This document shows positions 18,315 through 27,317 of a stretch of DNA of 64,000 nt, one piece after another. Each line of letters begins with the position of its first letter. Within the stretch, counting starts at the first letter, position 1. The DNA is taken from NCBI GenBank assembly GCA_963667725.2, contig CAXXHO010000003.1, forward strand, positions 1,856,001-1,920,000, written 5' to 3'. The notes under the pieces were generated by a model. That model searched no databases. It was not told where the DNA came from and saw only the letters and a program-made list of their open reading frames with translations. Source of the stretch: Treponemataceae bacterium. Its GTDB lineage: Bacteria > Spirochaetota > Spirochaetia > Treponematales > Rectinemataceae. The position numbers and the translations under genes are program-made.

Positions 18315-19184
18315 ATGAAATATTCGGGCATACTTCTTCCGTTTTGCATGGCAATCCTTGTCGCGGGCTGCGCGAGCGCTCCCTCTCCAGCCACGCTCGA
18401 AGCCCCCGTGCCCAAAACCGACATCTGGCCGAAAATCTACAGCGACGAATCCTACCTCTCGACTTTCGCTTCAACCTGGTCCGAGGATGAAGCGGTTGGC
18501 GCGATAAAAAATCTTCAGAATTCCATGGTTGAATTCAACGCCAACCTTCCCCTGTCGGAATTGAGCGTCGACCCCTACGGCATGAGGGCCCGCTGGTCCT
18601 GGATCGAGAACGGCACATTCCAGAAAAGCGCCGGCATCGTCATCCCCTTCGACATGGTCACATCCATGCTCCTCGAGCATTATCCAGCTCTCGAAAAAGA
18701 CTATAAATGGGGACTCCTCGTCTACATAACGGGAGGAAGCCCCGTATCCCTGCGCATGCCCACGAGGGATATGGCGGAACGTCTCGGCAAAGCGGTCACC
18801 GTGCTGGCCAAAGCCAGGGCGGCGAAACTGTCAATGCCCAATCCTCGTTTCGGCGCGGCCCTTGGAGCCCTGAGCGAAGCCCAGGCCCAAGCCGCCGGCA
18901 TCCTGCCCACGGGAGGCATCATCATATCCTGGATCTTCAGAGAGAGTCCGGCCGAAAAAGCGGGCTTCTCGCCCCAGGACATCATCACGGGCATTGGGGG
19001 AAAGCCGGTGCGGAAAACCGACGACCTTTTCTCCGCGCTGGACGCCGCCGCGGCCGAGGGAGCCATCGAGATAAAAATATCGGGCATAAGGCGCAGCTAT
19101 AGAACTGAGGGAAAAACCAATGTCGAAATCTTCGTTCCCCTCACCTTCACCCTGGCGATAGACCAGACGGGAGCGGCCAAATGA
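18315..19184 (+). CDS. PDZ-domain lipoprotein
   Basis: Lipobox VAGC; SPAEKAGFSPQDIITGIGG. Confidence 0.8.
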   Translation: MKYSGILLPFCMAILVAGCASAPSPATLEAPVPKTDIWPKIYSDESYLSTFASTWSEDEAVGAIKNLQNSMVEFNANLPLSELSVDPYGMRARWSWIENGTFQKSAGIVIPFDMVTSMLLEHYPALEKDYKWGLLVYITGGSPVSLRMPTRDMAERLGKAVTVLAKARAAKLSMPNPRFGAALGALSEAQAQAAGILPTGGIIISWIFRESPAEKAGFSPQDIITGIGGKPVRKTDDLFSALDAAAAEGAIEIKISGIRRSYRTEGKTNVEIFVPLTFTLAIDQTGAAK

Positions 19185-19846
19185 AAACCAGACAATATCT
19201 GCTCTTCGCCGCCATGGGCTTCCTCGTGCTTTTCAGGGCATTTTCCCAGGGGGCTGACCCCAAGACGGTAACGCCGGCCTGGATACTGGAAAAACAATTC
19301 GAACAGCAGGAGGAAGAAAAAAAGGTGGCCAGCGCGGCGGGAGCCTTCAATGTTTTCTTCATAGGCTATGACTATCCCTTGATCTCGGGTCCGCTGGCGC
19401 CCCATCTCGATACATGGAAGAGCCCGCTCAATTTCGCCTTCGGCATGGAAACGTCCATCTCAAACGAATCTTCGTTCCTGACCGGCGTCGAGGGGGAACT
19501 CTTCATGACCTTCAATGACCAGGGGTCTTTCTTTCTCATGAACGATATGGTCATGTTCGGGTACTCCATCAATCTGAAGCCGGTCAGGCTCAACATGGGC
19601 CTCCGCGCCGGCTTCTCCATCCTGGATGTCATGGGCACGACGGAGACATATACGGGACTTGGGCTGATCATCGGCCCCGAAGCCTCCATTTACCTAACCT
19701 TCGCTCCCGATTCCTGGCTATGGCTCAGGGGCCGTTATGCCATGGCCGGCTACATGAGCTTGGACTCATCCTCGAATCCGATTTCGCAGGGGGACAACTC
19801 CCTAACCTTGATCAGTCTCGAAGCCGGTTTGGCTTTCAAGCTTTAA
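19181..19846 (+). CDS. Secreted protein, probable small outer-membrane beta-barrel
   Basis: Signal peptide, alternating amphipathic strands, C-terminal LEAGLAFKL; ATGA overlap with the PDZ gene. Confidence 0.65.
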   Translation: MKTRQYLLFAAMGFLVLFRAFSQGADPKTVTPAWILEKQFEQQEEEKKVASAAGAFNVFFIGYDYPLISGPLAPHLDTWKSPLNFAFGMETSISNESSFLTGVEGELFMTFNDQGSFFLMNDMVMFGYSINLKPVRLNMGLRAGFSILDVMGTTETYTGLGLIIGPEASIYLTFAPDSWLWLRGRYAMAGYMSLDSSSNPISQGDNSLTLISLEAGLAFKL

Positions 19847-19855
19847 AATCGCGGC

Positions 19856-20857
19856 TCAAAGCGAAAGGATCTCCCGCCAGACGCGTTCGTCCACGGGGAT
19901 GCCTTCGGCCGCGTTGCGCTCCCTTACGGCCCTCATCCGCTGCCCGGCATAGACGATGGGCCTGGACGAACAATCGGGTTTCGACAAGAGCAGATCCTCC
20001 ACGGCGTCCCGAATGATCCCTTCCACGCGCTCAGGCGGCGCTATGGCGGAAATATTGATGGCGATGAAGGTCTGCGAGATCGCGTACTCGCCGCCGAGCC
20101 TGCCGATGGCCGATGTCGTGTTGCCGAGCGAGAGTCCTCCCGAGAAAATATCCAGGGCGAAGGAAAGCGCCGCTCCCTTCCAGTACCCGGCAGGCATCAT
20201 CCTTTTCGTCTTCAATACAGCCTCGGGATCGCAGGTCAGATTGCCCGCCGCGTCGAATCCGGCCGCATAGGGCATCTGTTCGCCGTTGAGCGCGGCGAGT
20301 TCCAGCGCGCCGTACGAATACTGCGACATCGCCATATCGACGACGATATGATCTTCCTTCCATGGGAAAGCCATGACGAGTGGATTGTTTCCCAACCGCG
20401 GATCGACGGCTCCCCATGTCGGCATATTGGGCAAGGTATTGGTAAAGCAAATGCCAGCCATGCCCTGTTCGCTGGCCTGATAGCCATAGGTCGCGGCCCG
20501 GAGCCAGTGGTTCGTATTGCGCAGGGCCACGCAGCCGATGCCATGCTCCTTCGCGAGTTCGATCGCCCGTCCCATGCAGGCCCAGGCGTTGACGATCCCG
20601 AAGCCCAGCCCGCCGTCATAGTTCTCTAGCCCGCCAAAAGCGTTGATCAACGCCGGTTCCGCCTTCATGTCCAGCGTCCCATCGTCGATGCCTCTTACCA
20701 GCCGCGCGAAACGATTGATCCCATGGGTGTAGGTGCCCTCGAGCGAATTGCGCGCCACTTCGAAGGCCACCTTCCGCGCATGTTCCGGCGGACAGCCTCG
20801 TCCAAGCAGTATTTTTTCAAACGCGGCCTGTACTTCTCCGGCTGGAATCTTCAGCAT
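19856..20857 (-). CDS. yiaK: 3-dehydro-L-gulonate 2-dehydrogenase (Ldh_2 family)
   Basis: THGINRF, LRNTNHW.R, RLGNNP, DMAMSQYSYG, GYWKG. Confidence 0.85.
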   Translation of the reverse strand: MLKIPAGEVQAAFEKILLGRGCPPEHARKVAFEVARNSLEGTYTHGINRFARLVRGIDDGTLDMKAEPALINAFGGLENYDGGLGFGIVNAWACMGRAIELAKEHGIGCVALRNTNHWLRAATYGYQASEQGMAGICFTNTLPNMPTWGAVDPRLGNNPLVMAFPWKEDHIVVDMAMSQYSYGALELAALNGEQMPYAAGFDAAGNLTCDPEAVLKTKRMMPAGYWKGAALSFALDIFSGGLSLGNTTSAIGRLGGEYAISQTFIAINISAIAPPERVEGIIRDAVEDLLLSKPDCSSRPIVYAGQRMRAVRERNAAEGIPVDERVWREILSL

Positions 20858-20917
20858 CGCGTCGCCTCCCTATTCGAATCGATCCACGCAATCACGATAC
20901 CATGCGGACAAACCAAT

Positions 20918-20948
20918 AAAAAAGGCTTCCTTTCGGAAGCCTAAAAAA
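20918..20948 (-). terminator. Terminator after tRNA-Leu
   Basis: AGGCTTCC-GAAA-GGAAGCCT followed by TTTTT on the minus strand. Confidence 0.8.
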
Positions 20949-21028
20949 TGCCCGGAGGGGGACTTGAACCCCCATGCTTTCGCACTAGAACCTGAATCTA
21001 GCGTGTCTGCCAATTCCACCATCCGGGC
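20949..21028 (-). tRNA. tRNA-Leu(CAG)
   Basis: GCCCGGATGGTGGAATTGGCAGACACGCTAGATTCAGGTTCTAGTGCGAAAGCATGGGGGTTCAAGTCCCCCTCCGGGCA: 7-bp acceptor stem, CAG anticodon, short class II variable arm, CCA not encoded. Confidence 0.97.
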
Positions 21029-21266
21029 GAGCGGAGCCTGATAACGCGGAGTGTATTTTTACCGGTACGGGGGCGCTCTGTCAAGCACTCGGATGCGTTT
21101 CGCGCCAACTGAAGGCTATTTCAATACTTGATACCATGGTTTCAAATTCGGCTTTTCTCAACTTGCTAGATTTGACATCCCAGGGTAGTATGATCTCGAT
21201 GCGTAAAGTGGAGCGGAATTGCCTGCGCTTATCCCTTCCGGCAGGCAAAAAAGCCATGGAGACACT

Positions 21267-22619
21267 ATGAAACTTTCAGCCTGGAATCGCGACATGAGCG
21301 GTTTTGATTACCTGTCCCTGCTTGTCATCGACATTGACGGCAGGCTTCGCGCGGTGAGCCTTCCCGCGAATTACGCGAGCGAAAAAGTACTGAAAAAGGG
21401 CATCGGCTTCGACGCTTCCAACTTCGGTTACGCGAAGGTTCATTCTTCCGACATGGTGGCAGTGCCCGACCTGGATACCGCTTTCATCGAGGAGAAAGAA
21501 GGTTTCAGGATCCTTCACGCCTTCTGTAGCGTAAAAACGACGGATGAACTGCCTTTCGCCCATTATCCGAGGGAGGTGGCGGCGGCCGCGCTGGAGAAGG
21601 TAAGGCAGAGCGGCGTCGGCGATGATGTCATGCTGCTCGTCGAACTGGAATTCTATGTGTTCGACAGCGTGAAATATTCGACAACGGTCGATCATTCTTA
21701 TTATTTCGTCGAGAATTCCGAGGGAATCGGCGAGGAATCCGAGGACGCGCCGAGGGTTGGGCTTTCGAGGGCGTATCATCTTTCGTCGCCTGACGATCGC
21801 TATCAGCTTCTACGCAACAGAGCGGTGCAATCGATGATCGACGCGGGAATTCCCGTAAAATATCACCACCACGAGGTGGGTTCCTCCCAACTCGAGATCG
21901 AGCTGGATTTCATTTCGTTGAAAAAGGCGGGAGACCTGGTGACGCTCGCGCAGTGGATTCTCCGCAACGAGGCGGCCGAACTCGGGCTTTATGTCACCTT
22001 CATGCCCAAACCGATGTACAAGATCGCTGGAAGCGGCATGCATGTGCATCAGTTCATCGTGAAAGACGGCGCGTCCGTGTTCCCCGGCGATGGGCTCTAC
22101 GGGCTCTCGAAGACGGGGCTGGCCTACACCGCGGGCATTCTTTCCCACGCGCTTTCCGGCTCCCTTCTGGCCTTCTCTAATCCTTCGACGAATTCCTACC
22201 GTCGCCTGGTGCCAGGCTATGAGGCGCCGGTGAGCGCGACCTTCGCTCAGGGGTCGAGGGCCGCCGCGGTCCGCATTCCCGGATATTTGGGCAAAGGCGA
22301 GGCGCGCATAGAGTTCAGGACCGGCGACGCCACGGCCAATGTCTACTATTTCATCGCGGCCATGGTCCTGGCGGGTCTGGACGGGATCCGGCGCGGGCTC
22401 GATCCTGTTGCTATGGGTTTCGCTTCCGACAAGGTTACGCCGAAAAACACCTTCCCGACGGGGCTTTATCATGTTCTGGCGGGGCTCCGCAAGGATAAAA
22501 AGTACCTGGAAGGCATCTTCCCCGAAGAGCTCATCGCGGTGTGGACCGAGCGCAAGTCCAAGGACGCCGAATATGTCTACAACGCTCCCGTTCCGCAGGA
22601 ATACGAGCTTTACTTCTGA
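21267..22619 (+). CDS. glnA: Type I glutamine synthetase family
   Basis: GFDAS, ELEFY, HHEVG, FMPKP, GSGMHVH, NSYRRLVPGYEAP, RIEFR. Confidence 0.85.
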   Translation: MKLSAWNRDMSGFDYLSLLVIDIDGRLRAVSLPANYASEKVLKKGIGFDASNFGYAKVHSSDMVAVPDLDTAFIEEKEGFRILHAFCSVKTTDELPFAHYPREVAAAALEKVRQSGVGDDVMLLVELEFYVFDSVKYSTTVDHSYYFVENSEGIGEESEDAPRVGLSRAYHLSSPDDRYQLLRNRAVQSMIDAGIPVKYHHHEVGSSQLEIELDFISLKKAGDLVTLAQWILRNEAAELGLYVTFMPKPMYKIAGSGMHVHQFIVKDGASVFPGDGLYGLSKTGLAYTAGILSHALSGSLLAFSNPSTNSYRRLVPGYEAPVSATFAQGSRAAAVRIPGYLGKGEARIEFRTGDATANVYYFIAAMVLAGLDGIRRGLDPVAMGFASDKVTPKNTFPTGLYHVLAGLRKDKKYLEGIFPEELIAVWTERKSKDAEYVYNAPVPQEYELYF

Positions 22620-22671
22620 TGGGGAAGCCAGTTTTAGGAATGGCTTTTTGCTGCCGAAGAGGAGAATAGCG

Positions 22672-24297
22672 ATGCCGGAATTCGTTTTTTCGGGCGATGA
22701 GGCGATAGGACGCGGAGCTATGGATGCCGGGGTTTCGGGCGCTTTTGCCTATCCGGGCACTCCATCCACCGAGATCATGGAGTTCATCCAGGACAACCTG
22801 GACGCGTACCTGGCCCTGCTTTCAGAGGCCGAGAGGAAATCGGTCGTCGCCCAGTGGTGCGCCAACGAGAAATCCGCCTACGAGGCCGCGCTTGGAGCTT
22901 CTTTCGCTGGCAGACGGGCGATGGTCTCAATGAAACATGTAGGTCTCAATGTAGCCATGGATCCTTTCACCAACTCGGCGCTCGTGCGCATAAGGGGCGG
23001 ACTGGTGGTGGTGGTGGCCGACGATCCTGGCATGCATTCGAGCCAGGACGAACAGGATTCGAGGATTTTGGCCGATTTCGCGAGGGTTCCCTGCTTCGAG
23101 CCTTCGGACCAGCAGGAGGCCTACGAGATGACGCGCGCCGCCTTCGATTACTCCGAGGCGAACGAAGTGCCCGTGATGCTCCGCGTCACGACGCGGCTGG
23201 CCCATGCGCGGTCGCTGGTGCGGACGAAGGCGGCGCGCTTGCCCAATGCCCTCGCGAAACGCGCCGACTCCAAGTCGTGGATACTCATGCCCGACAACGC
23301 GCAGAAAAATTGGAAGACCCTTCTCGAGAAGAATATACTTTTCCGGCGGGACGCCGAGAGTGCCGCCATCCTGAAGTTGCGCGATAAGAGCCTGGGCATA
23401 ATCACCTGCGGACTGGGCTTGCGCTATTATCTGGAAAACGAGGATGATTGGGCCGCCGCGCATGACGGCGCCCGCCCTTCGCATCTCCACATAGGGCGCT
23501 ATCCGATCGAGAGCAATAAAATAAGGGAGCTGGCCGCTCACGTGAACAAGATCCTCGTCGTCGAGGAAGGCCAAGTTTTCATGGAAAGGTTCATCGTCGG
23601 CGTATTTCCGGCGCCCGTGCCGATAATGGGAAAACTGTCGGGAGCGATTCCCGAGGACGGGGAACTGTCCGCGGATTCCGTACGCAAGGCGTTGGGGCTT
23701 GCCCCGAAAAGCGCCCTTCCCTCTCCTGGGATTCGGATACCGCGGCGGCCGCCTCAGTTCTGCCAGGGTTGTCCGCATGGGGATTCCTTTTCCGCGCTGA
23801 AGGAGGCGCTCAAGGACGAAGCCGACTTCCTGACCGCTTCCGACATCGGCTGCTACACGTTGGCCGCTCTTCCTCCTTTCAATGCCGTGGACACCTGCGT
23901 CGATATGGGCGCGTCGATAGGCATGGCTCGCGGGGCTTCCTCTATCGGCCAGAAAAAAGCGGTGGCTATCATAGGCGATTCCACCTTCTATCATTCGGGC
24001 ATGACGAACCTTCTCGACGCCGTGGCGCACGGGACAACAATCACGGTGCTCATCCTCGACAACAGCACGACGGGCATGACAGGCGCCCAGCCTACCATTT
24101 CGCCTGGATTCAGGCTGCGGGCTATTCTTGAGGGTTTGGGCGTCGAGGCGGAACATGTCCGCGAGCTGGAGGCGCAGCGCAGGTATCACGAGGCGAATGT
24201 CGCCGTCCTGCGCGAAGAGCTGGCTTATGAGGGCGTCTCGGTGATCATCATGAAACGGGAATGTATTGAATATCTCAAGAAAACGAGGCGGACATGA
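22672..24297 (+). CDS. iorA: Indolepyruvate:ferredoxin oxidoreductase alpha subunit
   Basis: YPGTPSTE, MKHVGLN, DDPGMHSSQ.EQD, FCQGCPH, SDIGCY, GDSTF.HSG; GAGGAG RBS. Confidence 0.92.
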   Translation: MPEFVFSGDEAIGRGAMDAGVSGAFAYPGTPSTEIMEFIQDNLDAYLALLSEAERKSVVAQWCANEKSAYEAALGASFAGRRAMVSMKHVGLNVAMDPFTNSALVRIRGGLVVVVADDPGMHSSQDEQDSRILADFARVPCFEPSDQQEAYEMTRAAFDYSEANEVPVMLRVTTRLAHARSLVRTKAARLPNALAKRADSKSWILMPDNAQKNWKTLLEKNILFRRDAESAAILKLRDKSLGIITCGLGLRYYLENEDDWAAAHDGARPSHLHIGRYPIESNKIRELAAHVNKILVVEEGQVFMERFIVGVFPAPVPIMGKLSGAIPEDGELSADSVRKALGLAPKSALPSPGIRIPRRPPQFCQGCPHGDSFSALKEALKDEADFLTASDIGCYTLAALPPFNAVDTCVDMGASIGMARGASSIGQKKAVAIIGDSTFYHSGMTNLLDAVAHGTTITVLILDNSTTGMTGAQPTISPGFRLRAILEGLGVEAEHVRELEAQRRYHEANVAVLREELAYEGVSVIIMKRECIEYLKKTRRT

Positions 24298-24872
24298 ACT
24301 ACAATATCATCCTCGCAGGAGTCGGCGGACAGGGCGGCCTCTCCATCTCCGTGGTGATAGCGCGCGCGGCCATGGCCGCTGGCTTTCTCGTCAAGCAGTC
24401 GGAAGTCCACGGGATGTCCCAGCGCGGCGGTCAAGTCCTCGCCCATCTTCGCATCGCCGATACGGAAATTCATAGTCCGACAATTCCGATGGGATCCGCG
24501 GATCTCGTTCTCGCTTTCGAACCTCTCGAGGCTTTGCGCTATGTTTCCTGGCTCGCCGCCGACCGCGGGGTCGTGGTTTCCGCTAAGGCTCCAATAAGAA
24601 ACATTCCCGATTATCCTGAGATTGACGCCGTCATCGCCGAAATAGAAAAGCTGCCGAGACATCGCATCCTCGATGCCGAGGCCATAGCCAAAGCCGCCGG
24701 CAGCGCTAAATCAGCCAACGTCGTCCTCGTGGGAGCAGCCGCCGATTTGACGCCGATTCCCGCCGATCTCATCGAGAAGGAAATTTCGGCGCTCTTCGCC
24801 CGGAAGGGCGAAGCTGTCGTTCAAGCCAATATGAGGGCATTTAAAGATGGTCAAGCACAATTCGTCCATTGA
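24294..24872 (+). CDS. iorB: Indolepyruvate:ferredoxin oxidoreductase beta subunit
   Basis: GVGGQG, SEVHGMSQRGG, FEPLEALR. Confidence 0.92.
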   Translation: MNYNIILAGVGGQGGLSISVVIARAAMAAGFLVKQSEVHGMSQRGGQVLAHLRIADTEIHSPTIPMGSADLVLAFEPLEALRYVSWLAADRGVVVSAKAPIRNIPDYPEIDAVIAEIEKLPRHRILDAEAIAKAAGSAKSANVVLVGAAADLTPIPADLIEKEISALFARKGEAVVQANMRAFKDGQAQFVH

Positions 24873-27294
24873 AAACGGCATGAGCCCGGATCAGGTCGAA
24901 CTCGCCGAGCGGTTTTCGGCCATACTGGCTCCGGCGAAGGCCCAGGGCAGGGATTCGCTCACCGAAGTGGAAGGCTTGGCGATGCTGGAGGCGATGGGCG
25001 TGTCGGCCCCGCGTCATCATTTCGTGGCATCGGCGGAGGAGTATGCGGCGCTTGCGGGACTGACCGTCGCCAAAGACGGCGCCGTATCGGGCAACGCGAG
25101 ATCGGGCGAGGGCCGCCATCTTTTCCCGGGACGGCGCGCCGTGGTGAAAGTGATCAGCCCGCAGATCCTGCACAAAACGGAAATGGGCGGCGTCGCCATC
25201 GTCGCCAACGAGACTCAAGCCATTCTCGACGCCATAAGGCAGATGGAAGCCCGATTCGTCATGTTCCATGTCGATGGATATACCGTCAACGAATTCGTGC
25301 AGTTCGAGCCGAGGTTAGGGCACGAGATCATCTTCGGCTATCGTTTCGCCGCCGACTTCGGTCCCGTCGTCAGCTTCGGGCCCGGCGGCATCTATGCCGA
25401 GTTCCTGGCCGAAAAATTCAAACCGGGATCAGCCAACGTCTGCTTCTCGCCGAGAACCGCGACGCGAGAACTCGTCGGAGAAACGCTGGCGCACAACGTT
25501 GTCTATGGCATCGTTAGCGCGGGCTTGCGCAACACCGAAGCATCCATTCCCGGAGAAGCGCTCATCGATGCGCTCATGAACTTTATCTCCGTCTCCGAGG
25601 CTCTCGCGGCAAGCGGCGTTTCCGAGTTCGAAGTGAATCCCATGGTTATCCGCAAGGTCCCAAGCGCAGGCTCGACCGCCGGGGTTTCGGCGGCCAGGCC
25701 CACCTCGCCGACCTCACCCCCCTCGACTCTCGTCGCTCTCGACTGTCTCGTCAAGCTTAAGGATTTTTCGTCGATCGGCCTTTCTCCCGCGGCCGACGGC
25801 AAGCCCCACAACGCCGCCCAGGACACTCGTCCCGTCGAGAACATAGGCCGTATCCTCGAGCCGGAAAGCGCCGCGATAATCGGCGTCTCGGAAAAAGGAA
25901 TGAACAACGGCCGCATAATCCTGCGGAATCTTCTTGAAAACGGTTTCGATCCAAAACGCATCTACATAGTAAAGCCCGGAGCCGAGAGCATAGACGGCTG
26001 CCGCTGCGTTCCCGATGTCGCCCATCTTCCCGAAAAGGTCGATCTATTCGTCCTCGTCATCCCGGCCGCGGGCACGCCCGAGACTCTCGCCCAGATCGCG
26101 TTGAGCGACAAAGCATGGTCCGTCATCGTGATTCCCGGCGGCCTCGAGGAAAAGTCGGGCTCGGACGCTATCGTGAAAGAAATGCGGAAGACTTTCGACG
26201 AAGCGCGGGCTCGCGGCGCTGGTCCCCTCATAAATGGCGGCAACTGCCTCGGCATCAGGTCGGTATCGGGAAAATACAACACGCTTTTCATACCCGAGCA
26301 CAAGCTTCCGATGCCCAAGGGCGCGGTCGCCCCGCTCGCAGTCATTTCGCAGTCCGGCGCTTTCTCCATCACCAGAATTTCGAAACACCCCGACATCAAT
26401 CCCAAGTACGTGATCACGCTCGGCAACCAGATGGACCTCACCATAGGCGACTATCTCGAATATATGAGCGACAACCCCGACATAAGGGTCTTCGCCGTCT
26501 ATGTCGAGGGCTTCAAGGCCCTCGACGGTCTCAAGACCCTGAACGCCGCGAAAGCCATTGTCGAATCTGGCCGGACGGTGATCTTCTATAGGGCGGGAAG
26601 GACGAGCGCCGGGGCCGGCGCGGCGGCCAGCCACACGGCGAGCATCGCGGGCGATTATCCCGTCACGCGGGAACTCTTCGCCCAGGCAGGTGCCATCGTC
26701 TGCCAAAGCCTTGACGAGTTCGACGACGCGATCACCGTCTTCACCCTCCTCGAAGGCAGGAAGGCGAAGGGGAACAGGCTGGGAGCCGTGTCCAACGCCG
26801 GATTCGAATGCGTAGCGATAGCCGACAATCTTGGCGGGATGAAGCTGGCGAAATTCTCGAACGCGACGAACGCGGTTTTGGCGAAGGTTCTGGATGACGC
26901 GGGCATTACGGAAATCGTGGATGTGCATAATCCTCTCGACATAACGCCCATGGGAAGCGATGACGCTTACGATCGCTCCTTCAGGGCCGTGCTGGCCGAC
27001 GAGAACACCGATCTCGGCATCGTCGGCATCGTGCCTTTTACCGTGCGCATGAATTCTCTCGCCGCCGAGCCTTCCGTCCATGGCGAAGACGTGAGGAAGG
27101 CCGATTCCATCGCCAATCGCTACGGCTCGCTGATGTCGGAGACGAAAAAGCCCTTCGTGACCGTCGTCGACACGGGACCGCTCTACGATCCGCTCTGCAG
27201 GCTGCTCGAGAAATACGGCGTCGTTGTCTTCAGGACGGCGGACAGGGCTCTCAAAATGCTTGAGCTGTGGAGGACTTCTCCCGCGGCGAGATGA
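24847..27294 (+). CDS. ADP-forming acyl-CoA synthetase (ATP-grasp + CoA-binding fusion)
   Basis: VVKV.S..I.HKTE.GGV, EFEVNP, GGNCLG, SQSGA, GNQMD, SHTA phospho-His motif, HNPLDIT; start may be 24880. Confidence 0.88.
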   Translation: MVKHNSSIENGMSPDQVELAERFSAILAPAKAQGRDSLTEVEGLAMLEAMGVSAPRHHFVASAEEYAALAGLTVAKDGAVSGNARSGEGRHLFPGRRAVVKVISPQILHKTEMGGVAIVANETQAILDAIRQMEARFVMFHVDGYTVNEFVQFEPRLGHEIIFGYRFAADFGPVVSFGPGGIYAEFLAEKFKPGSANVCFSPRTATRELVGETLAHNVVYGIVSAGLRNTEASIPGEALIDALMNFISVSEALAASGVSEFEVNPMVIRKVPSAGSTAGVSAARPTSPTSPPSTLVALDCLVKLKDFSSIGLSPAADGKPHNAAQDTRPVENIGRILEPESAAIIGVSEKGMNNGRIILRNLLENGFDPKRIYIVKPGAESIDGCRCVPDVAHLPEKVDLFVLVIPAAGTPETLAQIALSDKAWSVIVIPGGLEEKSGSDAIVKEMRKTFDEARARGAGPLINGGNCLGIRSVSGKYNTLFIPEHKLPMPKGAVAPLAVISQSGAFSITRISKHPDINPKYVITLGNQMDLTIGDYLEYMSDNPDIRVFAVYVEGFKALDGLKTLNAAKAIVESGRTVIFYRAGRTSAGAGAAASHTASIAGDYPVTRELFAQAGAIVCQSLDEFDDAITVFTLLEGRKAKGNRLGAVSNAGFECVAIADNLGGMKLAKFSNATNAVLAKVLDDAGITEIVDVHNPLDITPMGSDDAYDRSFRAVLADENTDLGIVGIVPFTVRMNSLAAEPSVHGEDVRKADSIANRYGSLMSETKKPFVTVVDTGPLYDPLCRLLEKYGVVVFRTADRALKMLELWRTSPAAR

Positions 27295-27317
27295 GTTCCG
27301 CCCGCCGAGCCGCAAAG

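Noticed and set aside
20949..21028. tRNA-Leu as an integration site for a genomic island
   Set aside because: No integrase and no duplicated tRNA 3' end were seen in the window.
21172..21194. TTGACA...TATGAT as the glnA promoter
   Set aside because: The spacer is only 11 nt, so the two boxes cannot form one sigma70 promoter.
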